Shown in pieces: positions 1 through 13,290 of a DNA stretch of 64,000 bases. The notes beneath the pieces are model-generated. The model saw only the letters and a program-made list of their open reading frames with translations, had not been told where the DNA came from and searched no databases. Position 1 is the stretch's first letter, and each line of letters begins with the position of its first letter. The translations under genes were made by a program, and so were the position numbers. The DNA is from Paramecium tetraurelia (lineage: Eukaryota), in contig CT868661.1 of NCBI GenBank assembly GCA_000165425.1, positions 124,001 through 188,000 of the forward strand. Reading direction: 5' to 3'.

Positions 1-206
1 GATTTCCTGTTCTTGATTACCTTAGATATCTAAATAGATTGGAGTCTCTTGGGTATTTTATTATTCACCGTAGTTTTATTTACATTTGAGAGTATCACTT
101 TAATTTAATTTTGGTCCGTGAATTTAAAGGATTTTAGACTTATATAGTTCTAAATACAAATGCTGATATTTTGGTTTTTATTGTTCGAATTGACAAAGTT
201 GCTCAT
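1..206 (-). CDS. Hypothetical protein, N-terminal part (runs off the window start)
   Basis: ATG at 206 opens MSNFVNSNNKNQNISICIQNY... with no TGA to position 1 in code 6; divergent from the gene at 288. Confidence 0.55.
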
Positions 207-287
207 GATAATTACTATTCATTTAAATATAAATTATTTTTTAAATTTCTCGTGTTATTATTAGATATAAAAATAAATTAAATTAGG

Positions 288-1796
288 ATGTTCTTGTATT
301 GTAGATCCTATATTCCCAAATATAGTGCTAGTCAGGTCATTAAGAATGCCATTTAGAGAAGAAAAGGTAAGACTTTGTTAAGAAATAGAACGTAAAAATG
401 TGATGTAAGAGCATTTGGAGAGATTGGCTGATAAATTGGAATATAAAGTGTATCCATATCACATCACTCATTATGATCCAGCTCATCCTGATTACATCCC
501 AGCATAAAGACAGGATTACAAACAAAGATTGACTGTTGACACTCATAATATGCTTGTGGATGGAGTCAAAAGAGATGTGGCCATGTAGAGACAAGTGGAT
601 CAAGCTATTAAGAATTTGGATAGACCATACTTGAAAGGCAAACATGGAGTCAACAAAAATGTTACTGGTGGTCTCAAAGATTATTTCCCCATTGAAATGC
701 CATATTCATAAGCAGGAAATCTACAAAATGAAGAATTGGAATATGAAAATGTGTTCAGAAATGAAAAAAGATGGATTGCTTAAACTATTTATCCAGCTGA
801 AAAAACTGAAAGCCAAAAGAGACATGAAAAAGAATTGGAATCTAGACCTGTGACCAGCAAATTCCATCCAGATAAAGGATCTAAATATGATGTCGAAACA
901 CCATATCATTTAAGATTCCCATATTTAGCTGATAGATTGGGACACCCTGAATTCTTGGCCAATCCCTTCTAAAGATTGTTTAGATTAGAAAGTGATATGT
1001 ATCATCCAAGTTATAATGATTAACCATTTGTTTAACATCCATCAGCTGATCCAGATCCAACTTTGAATTTCGAAGAAGGAGAAGTCATCTATGAAAACAC
1101 AAGATTATAAGAATGGTTAAAATTTGTATGGTGGACTGGAACATTCAGTTTTGCTTGGATTTGTTGGGTATTACCGTATAACATTGTATATAAAACAAAT
1201 CTCATGTTTGATCACTAAATAGATGCTTCATTCTATCCTTATCATTTATAATCCATCTATAATATGGATTACATGAGAATAAATGTGTTGGCTGCGACTG
1301 CTGCTTCAGCCTATTTATGGTATTTCCACCATATGTCAATGAACGACATTGGAAGAAACTATGTTACTAAAGTTTAATACAATAAAGATAAGGAGTTAAT
1401 CTTTGTCACCAGAATGGGATCTTTTGGTGTTGTTAGAGAAGATGTCTTTGAAACTCATCATCTTGAAGTATTGCCATACTATACTAAATCGGGCGTGTAG
1501 AATATGAGATAAAATGTATATACTCTTTATTATCATTATCTAGGATTTAGGAATGTATGAATTGTCATGCTTAAATAAATAAGAGTTGATGTACTTGTAC
1601 AAGGAAGATGCTTTCTGGAATCCTAAACTAAAAACTCAATTCCTTACAAATCATACTTAATTGATTTCCAAATAATACTTCGGATTGAAGAGGTAATTTT
1701 TTATTAGCCAACAATATTTTTAGAAACGAATAATAAGAATATCAAAAGACCTAAACCGTAGGAGAATTGCCCCTAAAAGATTTACCTGCACCTTGA
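288..1796 (+). CDS. Probable mitochondrial membrane protein with a C-terminal TMEM70/TMEM186/TMEM223-like region
   Basis: Code-6 ORF with 3 tiny GTA..TAG introns; GEVIYEN..two TM segments..NYVTKVQYNKDKELIFVT..VFETHHLEVLP resembles the TMEM70 family pattern. Confidence 0.6.
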
Positions 1797-1846
1797 ATTA
1801 TCAATCATAAATACAATATTAAAATAATAATATATAAGTATAATTA

Positions 1847-3352
1847 ATGAATGATGATATCTAAAGAGGTAGAGAAAGGCCTGTTAGAAAAAACGGCTTA
1901 GTTAATAGTCTTAATCCTTATCAAACTATAAGCTGGATTTATACTCTTACTGATATTATTATTGCTTACATATTTTCAATTTTAATTTAGGAACCTGGAA
2001 TTCATGTATAGTTATTTCTTATTCAGGAACTTTTACTTATCCTATTAACTATCATTGTTACTACCATTTTTTATAGTTTTTTAAAAGCTACTTTGATGGA
2101 TCCAACGGATCCTATTGTGAAACAAGATATAAAATGCAAATAACAAGGGTAATCATATAGATTAAACTATAGTAAAGAATTGAAAACCGATTTTAAATCA
2201 TATTGTCTAGTTTGTTAAGCTCATGCCTAGGATAAAACTAAACATTATTGGAGTTGTAACAAGTAATTTGAAATTACTATTAGATGTGTATCTCTCTTTG
2301 ATCATCATTGTATATGGCTTAATAATTGCGTTGGGGATTAAAACTATTCATATTTTTTCGTTTTAGTTATATCCTTGGTGACATTTAAAATTTTCAAACT
2401 TGCCTTAGATGCTAGTTTATTATACTATGAGGTTGATCTACAAATACTAGTTTACATTTTTATAGTAATTGATCCACCAATTCTAATAATCCTAATAAAT
2501 TTATTGTCTATGCACTTATACTTTAAGTTTGGGATATATTTTGATATTTTAGGTATAAGCACATAACAACATATGAATACATTAAATCAAAGTAGGACAA
2601 GAAATAATAAACTAATTAACAATAGCATCCCTAACAGAAACAGAATTAAAATGATGGCAGAACAGGATATGGTTCATTATTATCAACTTCAAAAAGAGTC
2701 GATTTAAAATCTTAATTGTCTCTAAAAACTGCAGATTCTAAAACAAGTAAGTAGAATTATTTTTCGAACAATAAGATGAGGATAAAAAGAACCCTTAATA
2801 ATCTCCATCTTAACCGTAATTAACATAGCTTCCAAGTTTATTTACTTCAAAGCCAGCAACTCCAGGAAATGATTAGGTTAGGAAGTCTCGTATACAATAA
2901 TAGGTTCCTTTATCTTATGCTAAAGATCTGGATGAAATAAAGGATAGGTAGATTTACAATTAAGTGATGCTGAAGATTCAGAACTTAAAATGAATAAAAG
3001 TTCAGATGAGGATTAAGATGATAATCTTAGCAATAATGAGCATCATTGTCCAAAAAATAGCAATGTTTCTTAAATCGATTAATTAGCAAATCAATCAATA
3101 TCTTTTGAGATCGAATAAAAGATAGTAGAAAAGAAGAATTAAGAAGTGAATAAGGAAATAGAGAATAAATCTTTTAATCAGGATATAGTTAGTGTTTCAA
3201 ATTAATAATCATTGCATGCATAATAACCTCCATCTTCTCAAAATTGCTATACATTCTAAATAGATTTAAATTCTGATTAATAGAAGGTTATTACATCTCC
3301 ATCTAGTAAGAGAAATAGTTAACATTTAATTGCTGATAATTGTACTGAATGA
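1847..3352 (+). CDS. DHHC palmitoyltransferase (ZDHHC1/11-like)
   Basis: RKNG..PYQTISW N-terminus; [39 protein letters not shown] motif; tiny introns at 2263-2283 and ~2527-2552. Confidence 0.9.
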
Positions 3353-3415
3353 ATTTATATGTTTATCATTTATAGTTAATAAAGTCATAGAGAATTGCAA
3401 TGAATTAAGATTATT

Positions 3416-3440
3416 TATATATATATATATATATATATAT
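3416..3440. repeat. (TA)n microsatellite
   Basis: About 12 perfect TA units in the intergenic spacer. Confidence 0.9.
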
Positions 3441-3465
3441 TAAATATAAGTTCTGGCTATTATAA

Positions 3466-3960
3466 ATGAAAAATTTAGTATAGAATGTGCAAATATAGAA
3501 AGTTATCAAAACAATAAATGACTTAAGAGAGACAATGGATAAGAGAATATCAATATCATTAGGATTAGGTATTACTATTGCAGTGATTGGATTCAAATTA
3601 TTAAGAAATAAAGGAGATAATTAACAATCGCCATAATAGACATCAGAAGTTGTCGAGAAATAATCATAAAATTCGAATAATTCTGAAGAGAATGATATTA
3701 TTGAAATTGAAGAAAACAAACAATTAGAAAAATAACAATAATAATAAAAGCAAAGTGAACCAAGATAAAAGAAAAAACAAATTATATAAAAAATTAACCA
3801 AAAAACAAAAAAATAATTTTAAACAGATAATGAGATGCCTGCCCCTAAAATAATATTGGAAAAACAAAATTCTATAAAGTAGGAGAGAAATGCAGATGAT
3901 AAATTATTTTTCTAAATTTACTAAAAAATGAACTAAGAAGTATCAAATGAGGATTCATGA
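3466..3960 (+). CDS. Small hypothetical protein with one TM segment
   Basis: Intronless code-6 ORF; ISISLGLGITIAVIGFKLL followed by a Q/K/E-rich tail, ends TGA. Confidence 0.65.
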
Positions 3961-3995
3961 AGTTTTTCTGATGTTAATTAATTATATTATTATTA

Positions 3996-4460
3996 ATGAA
4001 AATAACTATTATTAAGTCAAATATTGAGAAAGTTTTGAGTTAGATTGAGAACAAAGAGCAAATTATAAACATCACTGCAATTAAATGCAATTTAGATAAA
4101 ATACCCATTTTAGATTTTCCAAATCTAAAGGTTTTAGATCTATCTTATAACAATATATCCACTTTTGAGAATTTGCCAAACACAATAGAATACTTAAATT
4201 TACAGAACAATCAATTTGAATACTTTGAGGAATTAGAATTTCCTCCTTCATTAGTTTATTTAAACTTTAATGGCAATAAAGTTTCCACAAAAATATAGTA
4301 TCGAAGTAAATTAATTAAGAAGATAAAGCAAACATGTCCTGAATTTAAGTATTTGGACAATGTTTCAATTAAACTCCGATATGCAGAGATGCCTATCAAC
4401 ATCAGTAAATTTGATCACATTATGGATTTTACATATGAGATGTTTGGGGATGAGATTTGA
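3996..4460 (+). CDS. Small leucine-rich repeat protein
   Basis: LKVLDLSYNNI, IEYLNLQNNQF, LVYLNFNGN, then an LRRcap-like YRSKLI..CPEFKYLD; 155 codons. Confidence 0.85.
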
Positions 4461-4511
4461 TTGTTTATATAAAGAATTAACTATAAATTTAGTTCTAATT
4501 TATTAATTAAA

Positions 4512-6271
4512 ATGAATAAATAAGAAAGAGAAAATGTTAAGTAACGTATCGAAGAAAGAATATTTTAGATCAAATTAAAAAACACATAACATGTACTGTC
4601 TTTTAGATGATTAATAAATAGGAAGTAGTTATTGGAAAGAATGCCAATTTTACAAAAATAATCGAGTAAGAATATGCAACCAAATATTTGGAGAGTTTAG
4701 GAATTGAAGCTAATTAAAAAAATATTTAGATGATTTTAAAGAATTATCCATTAAATAGATGTGAAATAACGGGAGGATGGAATAGTAACATTATTATATA
4801 ATATAATAGCATCTGGATTATATGCTGATACTATTAATATTGTAGTCAGGTAGAAGAAAAAGAACATAGATTTGGCCTTAGGGTAAAAGGATAAGGATGT
4901 GTTGGATGAAGTCTAGAAGGAGTAGGATCTCAAGAAAATTACAATTAAGAAAGGCGAATAAGAATAAGATCCATAACTCACTTAATAATAAATAGCATTA
5001 TAATAGAAGAATGAAGTGGAATAATAAAAGGAACTATTAGAAAAGGAAGAAGAGAAGAAAATTAAATTTAAATTGGATTTCTCTTTAGAGGAGATCAAAC
5101 ATAAATACCTGTTTCCTTTTAATTAGACATTTTAAAGGAAACAGAATTAAAATATGGTAAATTAGGATAGACTAGAGTTTCAATAAAATGATGAAACACA
5201 TTCAGAACACGATAAATTCTTGGTTTTTGAAAGCAAAATCTTCTAATTGCCTTTTATTCATATAGAGATTCCAGCCCCATTATTAAAGGATGTATAGAGA
5301 CCTCCAAACATTAAACCAGAAGATATTGAAAAAGTGTTAAAATAAATAGATAAATTGTTCCCTAAAAGTATCTTTCCAATAAAGGCCAGTGCTAAGAGTT
5401 AAGAGAAATAATAATAATAATAACAATAATTAAATAAAGAAAAAGTAAATGATGATGTGGAAACAAGATACATTGTATTTGAGAAACATTAGGTTGATAA
5501 TGTATTTTAATTGATTCAGAAAGGTGAGATGGTAAAATTAATTGGATTGTTCATTCATTTATCATATTGGTTAGTATTTGGTGTAACATTGCCAATCTAA
5601 ATATAAACATTAACTAAGAAGTAAATGTATATATAGATGATGGAAATAATTGAATCATTTTAATCATTTTATGCTCCTAAATTGTGGATGCATTTAGTAA
5701 TGCCTATGATATTAGTTTCGTTGAAAATGGCGACTGAATATTTATACAAAAATCATTACATTATATTTTTTGAGAAACCTAGAACAGAAATAAATACACC
5801 AGGTAATATTGCTATGGATAAAATATTTCATTTTGCTGATAGATTATTTGATTAAAACAATTTATTTTGCCGATTTATTTTTTTAGAGAGTAGCAAATAA
5901 AAAAAGATAGGTAATGATGCTAAATTTATGCATAAAAGAATATTTGGTGTTTCACCATATTTAGATATCATGATTTAGAATCCATAAAACAGTAGAACCA
6001 GAGCCATCATAGCTAAACAAAGGGATATAGATAGTATTTCTATTTTATTAACTTTTTAGTAAGAGATAAAATATTAACAATAGGTGAGAAGAAATTAGCT
6101 TAAACAATGCCACCTATTTTGAGATAGTAGAGTACAAAGGAAGAGAAGGATAAAATAGAAATGGCTCAGAAGGCTAAAATGTTTAGTGTTGTGTTAAGTA
6201 GAATGCAGTAGGACTTTGAGAAGGTGTTGAAGGAAAAGGAAGTCTTAAAACTAAAATAGATTCAATGTTGA
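4512..6271 (+). CDS. Hypothetical protein
   Basis: Long code-6 reading frame with tiny introns (about 4593, 4785, 6034), ends TGA; no family recognised. Confidence 0.7.
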
Positions 6272-6350
6272 AGCAATTGAAAATTCTATAATAATTTTTC
6301 ACATTTTATAAATTGGAATAGTAAATTCAATATAAGAGTACATAATTATT

Positions 6351-7038
6351 TCATTATTACAACTACCTTTCTTTTCTAATTCTTTTTTTAATTTGATTCT
6401 GTCTTTTGATCTCATTGATTAAATCTTCATCTTTCCCATTGTCACAATGTTAACAATTGCACTCTACAGAACATTTCTTGCCTCTTATGAAACATTCACA
6501 ATAATTCTTCACACATCTAGTCTTAGAACAATTGCATCCCCAAATTTCTGTTGTCTCAAATATTTTTCCTTCTGGAACCTTCTTATTTCTTTATGCTTTC
6601 TTCTTTGCATAATTTACAGCCTTTTCTCTTTTAATTATGTTGTCTTCTGCATTCTCGCATTCTTGGCATTTACATGATTTCCCACAAACTCTTCCGTTGT
6701 GAAAACAAGAACAATACATCTGTAGACAGTGACTCTTTGAGCAACTGCAAGAAAATTATTCTACTTGTTAAATTTCTTGTCCTTCATCTTTTACCTTTAT
6801 TTCGGGTTTTTCAGGCTCTTCCTCATGGATATTATTCGTCTCTCCTAAAGCAGGATATATTTCAGGGACTGATTCAGGTTCTGGTTCTGCAATTGATTCC
6901 CTAAAATTTTTAATTAATACATTACATTTTTATTAAGTAAGGTTGATGCTCACTAAAATTTGAACATATGCTTATCAGGCTTTTTAAATAGGGTAACTTT
7001 TGATCCTCCAAATAGTCTTAAATGTCCTAAATTTACAT
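6351..7038 (-). CDS. Tesmin/TSO1-like CXC (CRC) domain protein
   Basis: Two CXC repeats: CSCSKSHCLQMYCSCFHNGRVCGKSCKCQECEN and GCNCSKTRCVKNYCECFIRGKKCSVECNCQHCDN; one 25-nt intron. Confidence 0.9.
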
Positions 7039-7267
7039 TAATAGAAAATTTATTATAGAAAAAAAATTATTATTACTTTATTTCGATGATTAATATAAAA
7101 TAGAAAAAATACGTCGGCATTCATTATATTGGTAGATTTAATAAAATTCTTATTTATTAGAAATTGGATTGAAATGGTTTACTTTATTAAACAATAAATG
7201 CTACAATTGTTGTTTTAACAATCACTACAAATTATAATTATTATATTCTTCATTTATTACTATCAAA

Positions 7268-8820
7268 ATGAATTAAGATATGCTTTCAGACCCATCCTCT
7301 AGTTCAAAATTCTCAGATTTACTTCATTTCATACTTAATTCAAACAAAAAGTCAAATAAATTCTAAAGAATTCTCCCTCAATTATCAATCACAGAGACTC
7401 TAAATAATTCCATTAAAAATGGTCGCTCAAGAATTCATTCTCTAAAACATGAACCTACTGGTTTCATTACTTAAAGGATTGAGTTTATACAAAACACTGG
7501 AGATTATTGTTACAAAGCTTTGAATCAACAAACCTTATCATTAAAACATTAGAGAGGGAGAATTGACGATTCAATGGAAAAATCTGTAGGAGCTAGTCCA
7601 TCAGTTCATTCATATTAAACAACAAAGGTAATTGAGACATGATAGGAAGTTTAAATACCCATCTATGTTAGAGTCAATAAGATTAAGGAGAAATTATAAC
7701 CTCTAAAAGTACCTAGATGACAATCTATCAGGATTTTGTGACATAATAAAAAGAAAGGACATCGAAAAATTGATCAGCTTTTTACACTATCCTTTTCAAT
7801 ATTCTTAAGAATAAAATGTAACCTTAAAAGACTAATTAATAGCTCCTAAGTACTTTCTGTGAGTTACTTTATTTCATTGCCTATTTCGGCAATACCATTG
7901 TACAATTAAATAAGGCTACATTTTTATTCAAAGATTGTTTGAAACTATCAGAATTGTGTAGAAATCATCAACTGAAAATCAAGATCTTGATTTAATTATT
8001 CTCAATTGCAAAACAGTAAAATTGTTACAATAAATTATAGATTGAAATAATATGATAAGGCATATAAATTCATATTGAAAGCTCTCTCTTATGCTTGGGC
8101 TGAAAATCTGGATGATTATGAAATAGATTGTTACGATAAATTGGGAATTTGTTATTTCTATTAGGGAGATATTCTCAAAGCCGATTATTTCCATAATAAG
8201 TGGGTGAAATGTGAAATCGAGCCAAGAGATTCTTATTATAGAATTACATCCAAAGAATTCATCTAATTATTCGAAAGATCTTAACCTATTTGTAGAGAAT
8301 TTGATGATAAAATATCAAGGTATATTCATATTCCTTTTATAAATGTGAAAACAGGGTAACCATTTGATTTCAATTCCACCTTGAAATATAATAACTGTGA
8401 GGCAATCCCATTATTAAATGAAATCCTTCATGGATATGAATATACTGAATATTTTTTAGAATACCATTATATAGATTAAGCACAAAGACAACATTTAAAG
8501 AAATCCTCATTACCTAGAAGAGCTCTTGAAATTATGTCCAAGTATGACAAAAATAAAGATAAATATGGATTTGATCATAAGATCCATGAAAATCCCATTT
8601 ACAAGTTGTCCCTGTAGGAAAAAGTTAATTATCGGAAAACTAAATTCTATTCACTTGATTCAGTAGAATAAAACATCTAAAAATATATTTCATAGTAGAG
8701 GGAACCTTTTAAAAAGAGTGAAAAGATTTATGTTAAGGAATCCCAAAGAAAGGACTTATCGCCTGAAAATGGCAATTAATTATCCTTGCATTTTAAAAAA
8801 CTTCTGGTTAGCATAATTGA
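7268..8820 (+). CDS. Hypothetical protein with a TPR-like helical region
   Basis: Frame restored by 3 tiny introns; KALSYAW..YDKLGICYFYQGDILKADYFH is TPR-like. Confidence 0.65.
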
Positions 8821-8885
8821 TTAAAATTGAAATATTCAATTCTATAATTTGTTCGCCTTAGTATTTAATATTTAATTAATTAAAA

Positions 8886-11666
8886 ATGTAAGAATAAGAA
8901 TTTCTTAAAAATGAGAACAACCCTTTCCTTTTCAAATAACAAAAATAAATTTCTCGTACTGTCCTTCAGTCCCTAGTCCATGAGTATCATATTCTCATTA
9001 AAGGACTCACTAACCAGTAAAAACATAGCTATTTTCTAGAGAATATTAAGATTATTGCAATGTTAAGGGAGCCTGCGGTTAGACTATTCCTCTAATCTTA
9101 ATCCTTCCTATTGGTTTGACTATAGGTACCTTTTAGTTAGTTTTGCTGTTTTTTAAAAATATTCAAGAAGGTATAATATGATATTATATAATTTAAAAGG
9201 TCCGGTAATACCAGCAGTGATTTAATTCATTTTATTGCAAACTGCACAAACCTTAATAATGTACATGATTCTTAAAGCTTGCGAAGTTATTCCAAAAAAA
9301 ATCGAGAATCCTTTATTATTTGGAAAGATAACATCTTATATATTCATGTGCTTAAGCATTGCAGAGGGAACATTAATAATTGTATTTATATATATAATAT
9401 ATTTCATTAAGGAAAGAATTTCAAACTTCAACTAATTTTCATAATCTTAGTTTTGGTCAATTTTTGGATTAATAATTTGGCAAAAGGTAATTATGGATTA
9501 TTAAAAAGGTAATACAATTATTTATTTACGATTGCAAACTGAGAATTGGAATAGTGATATTTTTGTACATCTATTATGTATTTAGATTAGATTGTGATCT
9601 ATTCAACAAAGTAATTTATAGATTATATTTTAGGATATAGTCAAAGTCATCGCATATATATGTTTGGAAATAATCTTCATTATAGATGCTGAATTAAAAA
9701 ACTACTCTCAATATTAATTCGAAAATAACATGTAATTTAGAAACAACAAAGAGGATATTCAGTTTATGATTCCGCAAGTGTAGATGTAGACTCAATAATA
9801 GATTCTAGAAATCATTACTAATTAATTTCCTGTTATTATATTTGATCAGACTAAAGAGTTACTACATATTTCAGGAGTTGGATTAAAATAACTTTAAATG
9901 GAAGATGATTCCAATAAAATTGACTTGATCTCAGCAGAAATTAAATTAAGAAAAATGGAAGTTATACAATTAATCTCAAACAATGAAAAATTAAAACACA
10001 ATTTAGTTTAATTAAAGAGGATGGCTAAATTTGGATCTACTTGTGGAACTAATGAAAAAGGAGAGTTATTACATTCTCTTATAAATGGACCAGCACTCCA
10101 GATAATTACGTATTCTAAGGGTAACCTCAAGAGAATCACAGAATTATTCATTATAATCCAGATGGTGTTTTAGAGTAATTACTTAATAATTTAATAAATG
10201 ATTAATAGTCAGAATACAAAGGGAATATCTAAATTTCAATCTACCTAAAAATCCAATTCCAGATACTTTTAATTTACTTTAATTTAAAAGTACCCAAAGG
10301 GAGACACTTTTTAAATAATTCTTGATTTTAGAAGAACATTACTTAAATCTATTTAAGATTTTAATTTTGAATTTAGAAGAACGGAAGAAGAAGATCTACC
10401 AATTATGTGTTAAGAATTTAGACAAATGTTGTTTTGTTAATAAACTGTTTAGGTTCCTTTAAAATTGCTCAATGTTGAAATAAAAAATACTCTCAAGTAT
10501 TCTAAATAGTAATACTTATAAGAGGAGTTACTTAATGTAAACAATTTAGTTAACTAATTACAAAATAAGTATCAAAATCAAACAAATCCTAATATTAAAT
10601 TACAATTTTAAATTAATTTAAAATAAAATACAGGAGAATTCAAAACTGATTAATTGAGGTTGATGTAAATAATGTAGATACTATTGGAAAATAGTATAAA
10701 TAACACAAAGGAAGGATTCATTAAGATTGTAATCGAGGATGATAAGAGATAGAATTGTATCTAAATATCTGTTGAAGATACCGGTAAAGGAATAAATTAG
10801 GAAATTATTTAAGAAGGATTTAACATGAATTAAATTAGATCTTTACATATTGTTAACTATTTAACTAAAATTTTGGGTCCTTAATTTTATTGCAAAAAAA
10901 TTACTGGTCAAGTTGCAAATAAAGGCATTAGAATTAAGTCATTATAGGATTGTGGTACATCAATATCTTTTTCAATCAGAAATTTAGGTTTAGATGAATT
11001 CTCTACTTAATTTATTATAGATGACGAAGTGTCTCAGGATGAAATGGATGTTGATGTAGATGAAGATGAAATTATGGAGAGATACATTAGAGATGACGAT
11101 CAAATCTAATACCTATAAAGATTTAATAAAGGATTACGATCATTCATAATAAACAGACAATAAATTCAAAAGATTGCAAAACCACTAGATATTAATACTA
11201 ACAAAAAATAAACAAAATTGGTTGGCATGATGAAACTTTAAGAATTAGGAAGATTCAAAAATGTTTAGTAATAGAATGGGTATTGTTAATGCAATAACAA
11301 GTTAATTATTAATTCAAATTAAGATTTCGAAAGAGTCATCAAACAGCATGTATTGGAGAATGTTTATTTTATAAATGAATAAGATTCATTCAAACACATT
11401 AACTTGAAAATAAGAGAGAAATAATGTTAGAACCATTCTTGCTAAGTTTATAAATAAATTATTGTCAATTGTCACAAATTCGATTTCAACTATAGAGAGT
11501 AAAATATTACAATATTTTTAGATTAATCAATAGAATTATAGGAATCACTAATAACTTTAAAATTATTGTTTTAATATATAATTCAAATGGGGAAATAGAC
11601 ACGCTAGGAACTTACATCATAATGCCAATTCAATTAGATATGCTACTATAATACTTATAAGGTTGA
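8886..11666 (+). CDS. Membrane-anchored hybrid histidine kinase-like protein (degenerate)
   Basis: N-terminal TM segments; KTDQLRLMQIMQILLENSI (N box), VEDTGKGI (G1), CGTSISF; C-terminal receiver-like region lacking the conserved Asp residues. Confidence 0.75.
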
Positions 11667-11903
11667 GATATTTAAAATTTAAATATATTTATAATTCTTT
11701 TAAAATTTGAATTAATTTTCTTTTAATATTAAAATTTTATATACCTTAATATGTATTAATTAATTATTCATATAATATTTAATAATGTGTCTGAAAATTT
11801 GTTAAATTTACATCTAATTTTCTGGCGATTTCTGTTTGAAATTTTACTATCCAATGGATTTATAAAACACTTAACTAGATAATTCATTTTAATAATTAAA
11901 ATA

Positions 11904-12629
11904 ATGAATTTAACTAATCATAATGATAACCATTGGTAGGAGATATATCAATTAGGCTAAATCAATGAAAGTCAGAGCTTTGATAATCATAATTTAGAGT
12001 TCTCCCCTTAGCTTTTGGGTAGCAGGTAACGTACACTGACCTACCCTTCATCTCCTTTATATACGATGGTTGAGAGGGACCAAAATTCTGATTCGGAAGT
12101 GCAATATTATGATGACTAACTAAATGAATTGTAATAATGCTGCCTTAGAACAGAAACTGAAAAATCCGAATCTTGTTGTTGCAAGGACGAGAACCACCAT
12201 TAGTAGAAACATCTTATTCAAAAGAGCATAAGGAAGAACAAGTCTAATGGGAAGCCAAATTGGGACTCCTCTATCAGGAAGAATTTCCCAAAACTTTTAG
12301 GAAACCATTTCTTAGCCCATTTAGAGTAGATTTCAGATTAGATACTTCCTCCTCCTATTACACAATTCCTATTGGAATTTCATTAAATAAAGGAATCCAA
12401 AAAACAACTCTCATTTGCTATTTCAGACTTTAGCAAGTTATGTCTTGCCTCAGAAGAGAGTAAGAAATTTTTTATAGATTTCCTTCAAAATAAATTGCCA
12501 GTCCGCCTAATTCATAGTAATAAGTTTACAAAGATCAAACATGTTTTAGATTTAGTCCGTAATGCTTATGTCGGAGCATGTAATCCTGAGAGGTGGAAAG
12601 GAAATATGCAGATAGCCAAACCGGAATGA
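11904..12629 (+). CDS. Hypothetical protein
   Basis: Intronless 242-codon code-6 ORF containing SIRKNFPKLLGNHF, ends TGA. Confidence 0.7.
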
Positions 12630-12689
12630 AGCAATAAATTATAAGAATTATTTAATATTATTTTCTATCTGTAATTGTATTTTGTAATA

Positions 12690-13290
12690 TATCGAGAGTT
12701 AGACACAAATCCAAATCTTCGTCTAATAATTCTTACTTGAAAAACCTGCCAAAAGAGTTAGTTGGATCCAGAGATCGCATTCAGAGTAGATTGTATAGCA
12801 ACTTTAATTACGATGCTTAAATTGACGTATAATGAAGTAGAATTCCTAAAATAATTGTCAATAAATCATGTCTAGATCTGACATTAGAGAGATGTAGATA
12901 AGTTGAAATAAAAGTTCATTCTGAAAGGGATAGAAATATGATATTATAATTTGTTATATACTTAGTCCATTAGAGCAGCAGCCTTTGGAAGGAAAGAAAT
13001 TAAATTTGAATGTTACAATTTAAGAGACAAGGAAGAACGCAGATACAAATTTGAGAATGATGATGATGGTTACGGTTTGCCTTGGTTTGATACTCAGGAT
13101 GGCTGATATGAGGGACAAGTAAAGGAGGCAAAATAGGGAGACAACATTCTTCAAGAATATTAGAAATAATATTTGGAATATCGTCCAGAAAAAACGAATG
13201 TATGTATAATAGAAATCAATGTTTGATTTATGATATATTTTTGTAGGAATTCAAAAATTATAGGATAGTAAATTGTTTAAGGAAATTAAA
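12690..13290 (+). pseudogene. Probable decayed gene remnant
   Basis: Coding-like composition, in-frame TGAs (about 12833 and 13104), an intron-like tract lacking its GT donor (about 12936-12965), no clear start. Confidence 0.4.

Noticed and set aside
340..909. Supplied ORFs 340-645, 644-853 and 721-909, and similar short track ORFs elsewhere
   Set aside because: They are antisense or off-frame shadows of code-6 genes, produced by treating TAA/TAG as stops.
13104..13106. In-frame TGA as a possible selenocysteine codon
   Set aside because: No redox motif context or recognisable SECIS, and other lesions nearby point to decay.
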